A stretch of 32,000 nucleotides of DNA from positions 2,160,001-2,192,000 of the forward strand of contig NC_010628.1 of the NCBI RefSeq assembly GCF_000020025.1. Reading direction: 5' to 3'. The notes beneath the pieces were generated by a model. That model did not search any database. It was not told where the DNA came from and saw nothing but the letters and a program-made list of their open reading frames with translations. The number at the start of each line of letters is the position of its first letter. Position 1 is the stretch's first letter. Both the position numbers and the translations under genes were made by a program. Positions 25,395-32,000 of this stretch are shown one piece after another. The stretch is from Nostoc punctiforme PCC 73102 (GTDB lineage Bacteria > Cyanobacteriota > Cyanobacteriia > Cyanobacteriales > Nostocaceae).

Positions 25395-26666
25395 GTGAAA
25401 ATACCTATGGTTTTGTTACAAAGACCATTGAGTTGGAACAGTTCTATGGTTCTCTTGACCTACCCATCGTTTCGTCTGTTGCTTTATCTAGAGTGGCTGT
25501 TATTAGCCACGGCATTGTTTATGGAAGTTTTGCTGCCGTTTGAGTTTTCCTGGTCGTTGCTGGTACGAGTTGTCGCGATCGCAACTTTCAGCTTGATGGG
25601 TTTGAGACTACCGATGGTGAAGCTGGAAACGAAATTATTTTATACAGCCCTGGAATTTGTTTTAATTTTGCTGCCAACAACTCAACATAGCTTATCTAGT
25701 CGCTCCGTTTTCTTGCTGTGTCTGGTACTGGTGATGCGGAGTTGTCTAATATTTAAGCGATCGGGACAGTTGCTTGTCTTGGGTTTATCTCTGCTTAGTT
25801 ATGGAACACTGGTTTTATCAAGACCGATTGTAGCTGATAAGTTTATGAGAGAAAAGCTGATCGCCATGTCTTTAGATTGGCGATTAAGTAATATATTATT
25901 GTTTAGCTTAACGTTAGTATTCGCTTTATTGTTAATCAATGCCCTGCTTGCAGAGCGTCAAAGTCGAGAGCAGTTAGAAATTGCCCATCTGCAATTAGAG
26001 ATCACCAATCAACAACTGTGTCAGTATGCGCTACGGATTGAAGATCAGGCAACCTTGCAGGAACGCAACCGAATTGCCCGCGAAATTCATGATGGGTTAG
26101 GACACACTCTAGTTGCCCAAACGATTCAGATTAATAACACCCTGTTGTTCTGGGAATCAAATAATGATAAAGCATTAACATTTCTCAAACAGGCAAAGGA
26201 ATTGGGGGCTGAGGCGCTGCTAGAAATTCGGCGATCGCTTTCTCTTTTACGTTCAAATCCTTTGCAAGGGCAATCTCTCCAATCAGCTATTGAAAAGCTG
26301 CTGACAGATTTTCACCAAACCACAGGTATCGAACCATCCTGTAAAATTGACGTGCCGCACACTTTACCAACAGAAATAAACACGGCCTTATACCGTATTG
26401 TGCAAGAATCGCTGACAAATATTTGCAAACACGCTCAGGCGACAAGTGTCACCGTTCGACTACTGGCTCGCACTGGGATGATTCATCTGTCAATCGAAGA
26501 TAATGGAAAAGGATTTAACCCCACTCAAAATACAACCGGGTTTGGACTACAAGGGATGCGAGAACGCGCGGTTGCACTAGGCGCTCAGTTAAATCTCCAA
26601 AGTCAACTAGGAACAGGTTGCTGTATTTCTGTTTCTTTGCCGCTATCAAAACTATTGGTGTTTTAG
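25395..26666 (+). CDS. Membrane sensor histidine kinase, NarL-partner type (HisKA_3 + HATPase)
   Basis: The N-terminal half has about 5-6 hydrophobic segments and no obvious periplasmic domain. H-box is IAREIHDGLGHTL, with IVQESLTNICKHA, IEDNGKGF and GFGLQGMRERA. GTG start at 25395; the alternative ATG is at 25407. Confidence 0.88.
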   Translation: MKIPMVLLQRPLSWNSSMVLLTYPSFRLLLYLEWLLLATALFMEVLLPFEFSWSLLVRVVAIATFSLMGLRLPMVKLETKLFYTALEFVLILLPTTQHSLSSRSVFLLCLVLVMRSCLIFKRSGQLLVLGLSLLSYGTLVLSRPIVADKFMREKLIAMSLDWRLSNILLFSLTLVFALLLINALLAERQSREQLEIAHLQLEITNQQLCQYALRIEDQATLQERNRIAREIHDGLGHTLVAQTIQINNTLLFWESNNDKALTFLKQAKELGAEALLEIRRSLSLLRSNPLQGQSLQSAIEKLLTDFHQTTGIEPSCKIDVPHTLPTEINTALYRIVQESLTNICKHAQATSVTVRLLARTGMIHLSIEDNGKGFNPTQNTTGFGLQGMRERAVALGAQLNLQSQLGTGCCISVSLPLSKLLVF

Positions 26667-26667
26667 T

Positions 26668-27315
26668 ATGATTCAGATTTTATTAGTTGACGATCAGCAT
26701 CTGATTCGCCAGGGACTTAAGAGTATGCTTGAGTCGAATGCAGAAATTCAGGTAATCGGTGAGGCGGAGAATGGTCAACGGGCACTCGAACAAATTCCCG
26801 CACTGCAACCTGATATCGTGCTTATGGATGTTCGAATGCCTGTAATGGATGGAGTTGCCACAACAAAAGCGATCGCTCAACAATATCCTGACGTTAAGGT
26901 TCTCGTCCTGACCACCTTTGATGATGATGAGTATGTTTTCCAGGCGATGCGGGTGGGTGCAAAGGGCTATTTGCTCAAGGATACCGAACCTGACGAACTA
27001 ATGTTGGCAATTCGATCCGTCTATAAGGGACAAACCCTACTCGGCCCAGGATTGTTTGAGAAAGCACTCATACCGATTCCCGTACCTGTGCCATCTGTGG
27101 AACCCCCTCCAGAATTGGCGCAACTCACACCCAGAGAATTAGATGTGTTGCGGTTAATTGCTTCTGGAGCTAATAACCGTGAAATTGCTGAATCGCTGTT
27201 TCTTTCAGAAAACACTGTTAAAAATTATGTTACCAATATTCTGAGCCGGTTGAGTTTGCGCGATCGCACTCAAGCCGCTTTGTTTGCCCATTCATTGTTT
27301 AGTGGACTGAAATAA
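26668..27315 (+). CDS. Response regulator, NarL/FixJ family (REC + LuxR-type HTH)
   Basis: Motifs ILLVDDQ, IVLMDVRMPVMDG and LVLTTFDD, a Pro-rich linker, and LTPRELDVLRLIASGANNREIAESLFLSENTVKNYVTNILSRL. Starts 1 nt after the kinase stop. Confidence 0.92.
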   Translation: MIQILLVDDQHLIRQGLKSMLESNAEIQVIGEAENGQRALEQIPALQPDIVLMDVRMPVMDGVATTKAIAQQYPDVKVLVLTTFDDDEYVFQAMRVGAKGYLLKDTEPDELMLAIRSVYKGQTLLGPGLFEKALIPIPVPVPSVEPPPELAQLTPRELDVLRLIASGANNREIAESLFLSENTVKNYVTNILSRLSLRDRTQAALFAHSLFSGLK

Positions 27316-27673
27316 GTAAGTGGGCGTAAATAATTATTGTTGGGATAAGGCAATAGGCAATAGGTATAAGGGTTTTAGCCTAATTTATTTTTCTTTACAT
27401 AGTTTTATTTTATTGTGCCAACTTACTTAAATAATTTGGCTTGCTCATAAATGGCTGGCATCAGAAAAAAGACTATTGACTGAATAATTTACAGACAATT
27501 TTCAAGATATACATTTACTATTGCTTACAACTGTACTTTTTATATCCCCCTAAACCCCCCGATAAAATGGGGCACTTTGAGATATTTTTGCCTTTCAATT
27601 TATTGTGGGGATATAAGAGTTTTAAAACACATCCTATTCCTAGAAACATCAAAATATAAAAAATACTCAGCAA

Positions 27674-27702
27674 AAGAGGTGCTCACAAACACCTCTTTTT
27701 TG
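27674..27702 (+). terminator. Rho-independent terminator
   Basis: aagaggtg (27674-27681), loop ctcacaaa, cacctctt (27690-27697), running into a T tract that ends at 27702. It lies about 360 nt downstream of the regulator stop, with no ORF of 60 aa or more in between. Confidence 0.6.
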
Positions 27703-27923
27703 TTAAAAGTTCAAAATATGAATAAAGTCATATTTAACTTATGACTTTATTCCACTGTATCTTCTTATTTAGTATTTTAAACTTAGAGCAATACAGTAAA
27801 CCAAATAAACTGTTTAATAAATATAACTTACTACAATCCTCAAGATTAGTAAGGAAATATGGTTGCAAATTATTGAGGAATACTGTAGAAAAGTCAAGCA
27901 GATTTATTGATGGAGATTTGAAC

Positions 27924-28166
27924 ATGAAACGTATTATCTTAGGTACATTACTTGCTCTACCATTTGCAATTTCCTCCTTACCGTCACAAGCATCAGCAGC
28001 AGAAATTATTGTTAGACCCAACGGCTATAGAGCTGCTGTTGTACATAAACCTATTGTTGCCCGATATCAACGAAAGTTAATTCCTGCACATTGGGAAACA
28101 GTACGACGCGGTAACAGGTGGGTTAAGGTTAGAGTTCCTGCTCGTTATGTAAATGTAAGAGTTTAA
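27924..28166 (+). CDS. Small basic secreted protein, 80 aa, unknown function
   Basis: ATG 27924 is preceded by ggaga (27912-27916). The signal peptide is MKRIILGTLLALPFAISSLPSQASA. The mature part is Arg/Lys/Val-rich (RPNGYRAAVVHKPIVARYQRKLIPAHWETVRRGNRWVKVRVPARYVNVRV). The upstream part of the track ORF (from 27741) looks non-coding. Confidence 0.5.
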   Translation: MKRIILGTLLALPFAISSLPSQASAAEIIVRPNGYRAAVVHKPIVARYQRKLIPAHWETVRRGNRWVKVRVPARYVNVRV

Positions 28167-28169
28167 TAT

Positions 28170-28218
28170 ATCTAAAATAGACTAATAAATTTCCTTAATT
28201 TATTAGTCTATTTTAGAT
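28170..28218 (+). terminator. 22-bp perfect AT-rich hairpin immediately after the small ORF
   Basis: atctaaaatagactaataaatt (28170-28191), loop tcctt, aatttattagtctattttagat (28197-28218). Begins 4 nt after the stop codon. Confidence 0.55.
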
Positions 28219-28413
28219 AAAGATTTGTTTTAAACATGAATTATAAAGTCCCTCAAAATAGATTTTTTGAGTTAATAATTATCACTTTTACAAAAAAGTT
28301 TTTGTGGTTTATGGATCATTCAGTACAAATTAAAATTACGCCAATCAAAAAATTCAAAAGCCGCTTCAGTTGTTGGCTTATTCGTTAAAGTCTCTATCGA
28401 TCAAGAACGTATT

Positions 28414-28507
28414 AGACTTCTTGCAGAAGTGCGGGAAAGGGATGGAATTTTCCCTTTCCCTTTACCCTTTCCCCGACATCTTGCAAAAGTTCCTTTTGCA
28501 AGATGTC
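28414..28507. repeat. Compound palindromic element with a polypyrimidine core
   Basis: gggaaaggga (28433-28442) pairs with tccctttccc (28451-28460). gacatcttgcaaaa (28475-28488) pairs with ttttgcaagatgtc (28494-28507). The flanking agacttcttgcagaagtgcggg resembles the inverse of ccccgacatcttgcaaaagtt. The core is ccctttccctttaccctttcccc. Confidence 0.45.
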
Positions 28508-28720
28508 TATTGATTGTTGCACCTCACTAATGGGTACACCAGGAAGAAGTGCGATCACAGCATAATGAGGAAAGATCGTGCAAAGCAGTGAAATGCTCGA
28601 TTAGTGGGCTGTGTCAGAAGCGGTAGCATCTACCAACGAACAAAAGCAAGCGCCTCTCAACATCTGCGTGATTCCTTAGCTAGTTACAAAATAGAAGCTA
28701 ATGTAGTTAGATAATTCTCT

Positions 28721-30076
28721 TTATATTTTATGAGGAAGTCGAACTGTAAATGTACTGCCCAGCTTTGGTTGACTTTGAACATGAATACTGCCTTTGTGTG
28801 CTTGGACGATCGCAATAGCGATCGCTAATCCCAATCCCGAACCGCCAGAGCTACGAGAGCGTAAGCGCAGCCCGTCGTAGGCATCGCTATCAACTCGGTA
28901 AAAGCGATCAAAAATTCGCTTTTGATGTTCTAGAGCAATACCAATTCCTGTATCTTGAACTTTAATAACTGCGTAGCGTTCGCTATCTTCTAAAAAAACT
29001 GTAACTTTTCCCCCGCTAGGCGTTGCTTGAATTGCATTAACAATTAAATTTGAAATTAAACGATAAAGCTGTTCTTCATTTCCCATAACGTACAGTTTTT
29101 TGGCAAAGAGCGCTTGCTTTGAGAGGCTTACCTTCGTCTCAATTGCTAAAAATGCTAGTTCCTCAACTAAGTCGCTAATTAAATCGTTCAAACAGCAAGG
29201 ATGATATTCTTCTGTTAGTTGTTTTTGATCTATCTTCGTTAAAAGCAACAAATCTCCTACTAATTGTGAAAGACGGCGATTTTGGCGTTTGAGAACATCC
29301 AAAATTCCGTTACTTGATTTTGGTTCTTGTTGTAACTTGATAGCAGCTTCAATCGTAGAGTGCATCGCTGCTAAAGGTGTACGAAACTCATGGGCCGCAT
29401 CAGCAGTAAATTGTTGCATTTGTTGGTAAGAATAATATACAGGTTGCATTGCCCTTCCTGCCAACCACCAACTAGACAAAGCAACAAAAATCATTGAAAT
29501 TGGCAACCCCAACACCAAAGTTAATCTCAAATAAGCAAGATGTTGGTCTAAATCAGTAAGGCTTCGCGCCACTTGTAGATAACCCGAAAGCTGATTTTGA
29601 GTATACACAGGTAAAGTGATTTGGCGGTATCGAGTGCCAGAAGAATCTGTTATAATTTGCCAATGTTGTGATAATGAAATAATCGGTAATTTATCAAATT
29701 GTATACCTGTACTTGCAAATACTTTTCCCGAACTATCCAATAACCTTATATAGTAATTAACTTGATTACTCGCCTCTTTTATTGATTGTTTAATGACTGC
29801 TGTTTTAGGCAAACAGTTTTTTTGATCTACACATAATTCTAAAGAAAATTCTTTAGCAAGGCTTTGTAATTGTCCCGGTTGCTGCCAAGCCGATTCAATA
29901 CCTTTATGAAGTGCGTTTGCTACTGATTGTAATCCCTGATCTATGGTTTCATGATAGGCATGAGCAACAACACTATAAACACCAAGACCAGATAGCCCTA
30001 AAATCCCACCCATTACTAGGCTATACCAAACTGCTAGGCGGAACCGAGTTTGGTGGAAAATTGGATTGCGTTCCAT
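28721..30076 (-). CDS. Sensor histidine kinase, OmpR-partner type (2 TM, HAMP, HisKA, HATPase)
   Basis: H-box AAHEFRTPL, N-box LISNLIVNAIQAT, G1 VQDTGIGI, G2 GGSGLGLAIA. Two hydrophobic segments flank a periplasmic region of about 150 aa. Confidence 0.9.
   Translation of the reverse strand: MERNPIFHQTRFRLAVWYSLVMGGILGLSGLGVYSVVAHAYHETIDQGLQSVANALHKGIESAWQQPGQLQSLAKEFSLELCVDQKNCLPKTAVIKQSIKEASNQVNYYIRLLDSSGKVFASTGIQFDKLPIISLSQHWQIITDSSGTRYRQITLPVYTQNQLSGYLQVARSLTDLDQHLAYLRLTLVLGLPISMIFVALSSWWLAGRAMQPVYYSYQQMQQFTADAAHEFRTPLAAMHSTIEAAIKLQQEPKSSNGILDVLKRQNRRLSQLVGDLLLLTKIDQKQLTEEYHPCCLNDLISDLVEELAFLAIETKVSLSKQALFAKKLYVMGNEEQLYRLISNLIVNAIQATPSGGKVTVFLEDSERYAVIKVQDTGIGIALEHQKRIFDRFYRVDSDAYDGLRLRSRSSGGSGLGLAIAIAIVQAHKGSIHVQSQPKLGSTFTVRLPHKI
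28859..28885 (-). repeat. 21-nt in-frame element with flanks, copy C (GAT|gcctacgacgggctgcgctta|CGC on the minus strand)
   Basis: Encodes AYDGLRL between FYRVDSD and RSRSSGGSGLGL. Matches copy A at 23 of 27 positions. Removing 28862-28882 restores GCGATCGC. Confidence 0.65.
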
Positions 30077-30122
30077 ATTTCTAGAACCTTACTTGTTTTA
30101 ATTTTCGCTAAGTTAGCAAAAA

Positions 30123-30863
30123 TTAGCAGCCTGTTTCCGCGCTATGAATATTTAGGCGATAACCCACACCATAGATAGTTTCAATCAAAGATTCGCTATC
30201 TTCTTCGCCTAATTTGCGTCTCAATAAGCGAATTTGCGCTGCTACTACATTGCTAACTGGTTCTGCACCAATTTCCCAAAGTTGATTAATAATCTGGTCG
30301 CGGCTGATAATATGGTTAGGATGCCTCATGAAATATTCTAGCAATTGAAATTCCTTGACAGTTAACGAGAATACTCGCTTTTCTCTATGCGAATACTGAC
30401 GAGTAAGTTCATGAGTACTGTAATTGAGTATCAGGCAACCTACTTGTAAGCGCCGGGGTTGGACTTGAGGTGTAAGGGTTGCTCCTACGTAAGAGGCTCG
30501 CCTTTGTAATGCCCGCAATCTTGCCAGTAACTCGGCCATTCCAAATGGTTTAATTAAATAATCATCTGCACCGCTATCTAGACCAATAATCTTTTCTTCC
30601 ATCCGGTCTTTAGCTGTTAGCATCAATACAGGTAGAGTTAAATGGCGCGATCGCAACCATTTACACAACTCCACACCCGAAACTCCTGGCAGCATCCAAT
30701 CAAAAATCGCTAGCGTGTACTCAGTCCAGCCTGTTTCTAAATACTGCCATGCCTGACTACCATCTAGAAACCAGTCAACCACATACGCCTCATGACTCAA
30801 GACTTGTTTAATTGCTGCACCTAAATCTGCCTCATCTTCAACTAATAGAAGTCGCATAGTCAA
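30123..30863 (-). CDS. Response regulator, OmpR/PhoB family (REC + winged helix)
   Basis: Motifs LLLVEDE, AIFDWMLPGVSG, LMLTAKD and GADDYLIKPF, with C-terminal LTVKEFQLLEYFMRHPNHIISRDQI ... VGYRL. Lies 46 nt upstream of its kinase. Confidence 0.92.
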   Translation of the reverse strand: MTMRLLLVEDEADLGAAIKQVLSHEAYVVDWFLDGSQAWQYLETGWTEYTLAIFDWMLPGVSGVELCKWLRSRHLTLPVLMLTAKDRMEEKIIGLDSGADDYLIKPFGMAELLARLRALQRRASYVGATLTPQVQPRRLQVGCLILNYSTHELTRQYSHREKRVFSLTVKEFQLLEYFMRHPNHIISRDQIINQLWEIGAEPVSNVVAAQIRLLRRKLGEEDSESLIETIYGVGYRLNIHSAETGC

Positions 30864-31043
30864 CCCAGTCTTAAAAGCCTTCTTTAATTACCCTTTCATA
30901 AAAAAGTGAAATAATTATGAAATTTTTATTTTACTTAAAGTAAAAATAATGCTATTTTAAAAAACTAATTAATAAAGTACATTTAATTGATGATTGTCTA
31001 AAATAACTTTAATTTTAAATATTAAATTTAAGTGCAAAAATAA

Positions 31044-31106
31044 AGGCAACAGGCAATGGTCAAGAAGCCTCTTTGAGCTATACTAAATTTTTTCAATAAT
31101 CAAATA
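31044..31106. repeat. 63-nt dispersed repeat, copy 2 (upstream of the OmpR-type regulator gene)
   Basis: aggcaacaggcaatggtcaagaagcctctttgagctatactaaattttttcaataatcaaata. See copy 1 at 22787-22849. Confidence 0.7.
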
Positions 31107-31563
31107 TGATTCCTATATTAGCTAAGTACATGGAAATACTTTATTAAGTCTAAAGAAAAATATATCCTAGCTCAGATTAAAACTTTAATTACCATATCGC
31201 TTCTGTCTAATGGCTTAATATTTATTTATCTCTAAAGATAGGCTTTGATTTCATTTTAATTTCATTTTTATATATTGATAATGTGATTGGTATATATTTT
31301 ATCTAGTCTTACAACCTTCATGAAACATGAATATATATCTACAGATTGAGGTAAATAAAAACCGAATATACTAAAGTTTAGTGTTCCATTATCTATAGAT
31401 TTATATTTAATAACAAGTGAGTAAATTAAACCATAATATATCTGCAATATTTAAATTTAGACTTTTACAAAAAATATTAACCCCAGTTTTATAGGAATGA
31501 ATTAGTGTGAAATGGAAGCTGTAATTCTTTGCCAAAAACAGAGTTAATTGACAGGAGATTTCC

Positions 31564-32000
31564 ATGTCTGAAATCATCGAAATATATGACGATCGCCTGC
31601 GTGCCATTGTATCTCCAGATGCTTCACTTCAAAAGCTAGCCAACGGTGCAGTCCATAGTGAGGGGCCTGTTTACTTTCACGAAGACAATAGTGTTGTGTG
31701 GAGTGATGCTCATGGCAACCGTTTGTTACGTTGGAGTCCTACTGATGATGTGAGTGTCCTACGTGACCCATCTGATTATCAAAGTGGTAATTACCGCGAC
31801 TTGGAAGGCCGTCTTGTTGCGTGTTCATCTGGTTTGCGTGCCATAATTCGACGCGAAGACAATGGTGAGTGGAAGGTTTTAGTCGATCGCTACCAAGGCA
31901 AACGCCTGAACAGTCCAAATGATTTGGTAGTGAAAAGCGACGGCACAATTTGGTTCACCGATCCGCCTTATGGGATCACTGAGCCAAATCAAGGTTACGG
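31564..32000 (+). CDS. SMP-30/gluconolactonase/LRE-family protein, 5' partial (runs off the window)
   Basis: Not in the ORF track because no stop is reached. ATG 31564 is preceded by aggag (31553-31557). Translation: MSEIIEIYDDRLRAIVSPDASLQKLANGAVHSEGPVYFHEDNSVVWSDAHGNRLLRWSP...GKRLNSPNDLVVKSDGTIWFTDPPYGI. This matches the family hallmarks (EGPVW/Y, WSD, RxNSPND, DGxIWFTDP). Confidence 0.85.
   Translation, partial: MSEIIEIYDDRLRAIVSPDASLQKLANGAVHSEGPVYFHEDNSVVWSDAHGNRLLRWSPTDDVSVLRDPSDYQSGNYRDLEGRLVACSSGLRAIIRREDNGEWKVLVDRYQGKRLNSPNDLVVKSDGTIWFTDPPYGITEPNQGY

Noticed and set aside
30469-30497. Possible fourth, degenerate copy of the 21-nt element in the linker of the OmpR-type regulator (encodes SYVGATLT).
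   Set aside because: Similarity to copies A-C is only about 60 percent by hand alignment. Deleting it does not restore a HIP1 site. OmpR-family linkers vary in length anyway.
653-31948. Short ORFs from the six-frame track that lie inside or antisense to larger genes. Examples: 653-838, 849-1076, 1649-1972, 2489-2758, 2755-2946, 2897-3079, 4263-5027 group, 7039-7227, 7940-8236, 8411-8635, 9035-9295, 9679-10280 group, 12537-12725, 13552-13761, 14712-15041, 15442-15777, 16163-16542, 17860-18209, 19061-19398, 20323-20559, 21154-21541, 23513-23710, 26683-26883, 27021-27215, 27734-28021, 31407-31607, 31739-31948.
   Set aside because: Each overlaps a much longer ORF with clear family motifs or lies in very AT-rich spacer. 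None has recognisable motifs. They are the expected by-product of long ORFs on the opposite strand or another frame.
1-32000. HIP1 (GCGATCGC) over-representation as a novelty.
   Set aside because: This is a well-known property of many cyanobacterial genomes. It is useful here only as a taxonomic clue and as the apparent target of the 21-nt element.
1-32000. CRISPR arrays, tRNA/rRNA genes, IS transposases, integrases and prophage modules.
   Set aside because: No regularly spaced direct repeats are present. No cloverleaf-compatible segment was found by eye: the ggttcg strings belong to the inverted-repeat element at 16669-16819. No transposase- or integrase-like ORF was seen. A tRNAscan/Infernal run would be the decisive check.

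Overview
This window looks like a chromosomal segment of a filamentous (Nostocales-type) cyanobacterium. The inference rests on roughly 40 HIP1 octamers (GCGATCGC) counted by eye, Nostoc-style small dispersed/MITE-like repeats, and gene content.

I support 20 protein genes:
- a Gpt-like phosphoribosyltransferase
- a GPH/MFS symporter
- surE
- an M50 site-2 protease
- an MBL-fold hydrolase
- a 2120-aa multidomain sensor (Ser/Thr kinase, P-loop NTPase, helical repeats, GAF, PAS, PAS, His kinase)
- an AT-rich secreted orphan ORF abutting that sensor
- an MdtABC-like efflux operon (adaptor plus two paralogous RND permeases) downstream of and co-oriented with a group-2 sigma-70 factor
- a low-confidence 88-aa orphan ORF between the sigma-factor and protease genes
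- an S41 C-terminal processing protease
- a Spy/CpxP-like LTxxQ lipoprotein divergent from a NarL-type two-component pair
- a small basic secreted protein
- an OmpR-type two-component pair
- the 5' part of an SMP-30/gluconolactonase gene that runs off the window and is missing from the ORF track

Several track ORFs begin at TTG/GTG, and I shortened them to downstream ATGs. I saw no rRNA, tRNA, CRISPR array, IS element or prophage, and I cannot point to a clear new multi-gene system.

The most unusual signal is a 21-nt GC-rich element. It sits in frame at three places in two unrelated sensor kinases, each time exactly splitting a HIP1 site (GCGAT|21 nt|CGC).

Other items worth a look:
- a 63-nt repeat upstream of two regulator genes
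- a terminal-inverted-repeat element between the two RND genes
- an adaptor protein whose coiled-coil hairpin is built from 4+4 fourteen-residue repeats
- a cpxP-cpxRA-like arrangement
- an orphan terminator
- very AT-rich intergenic tracts
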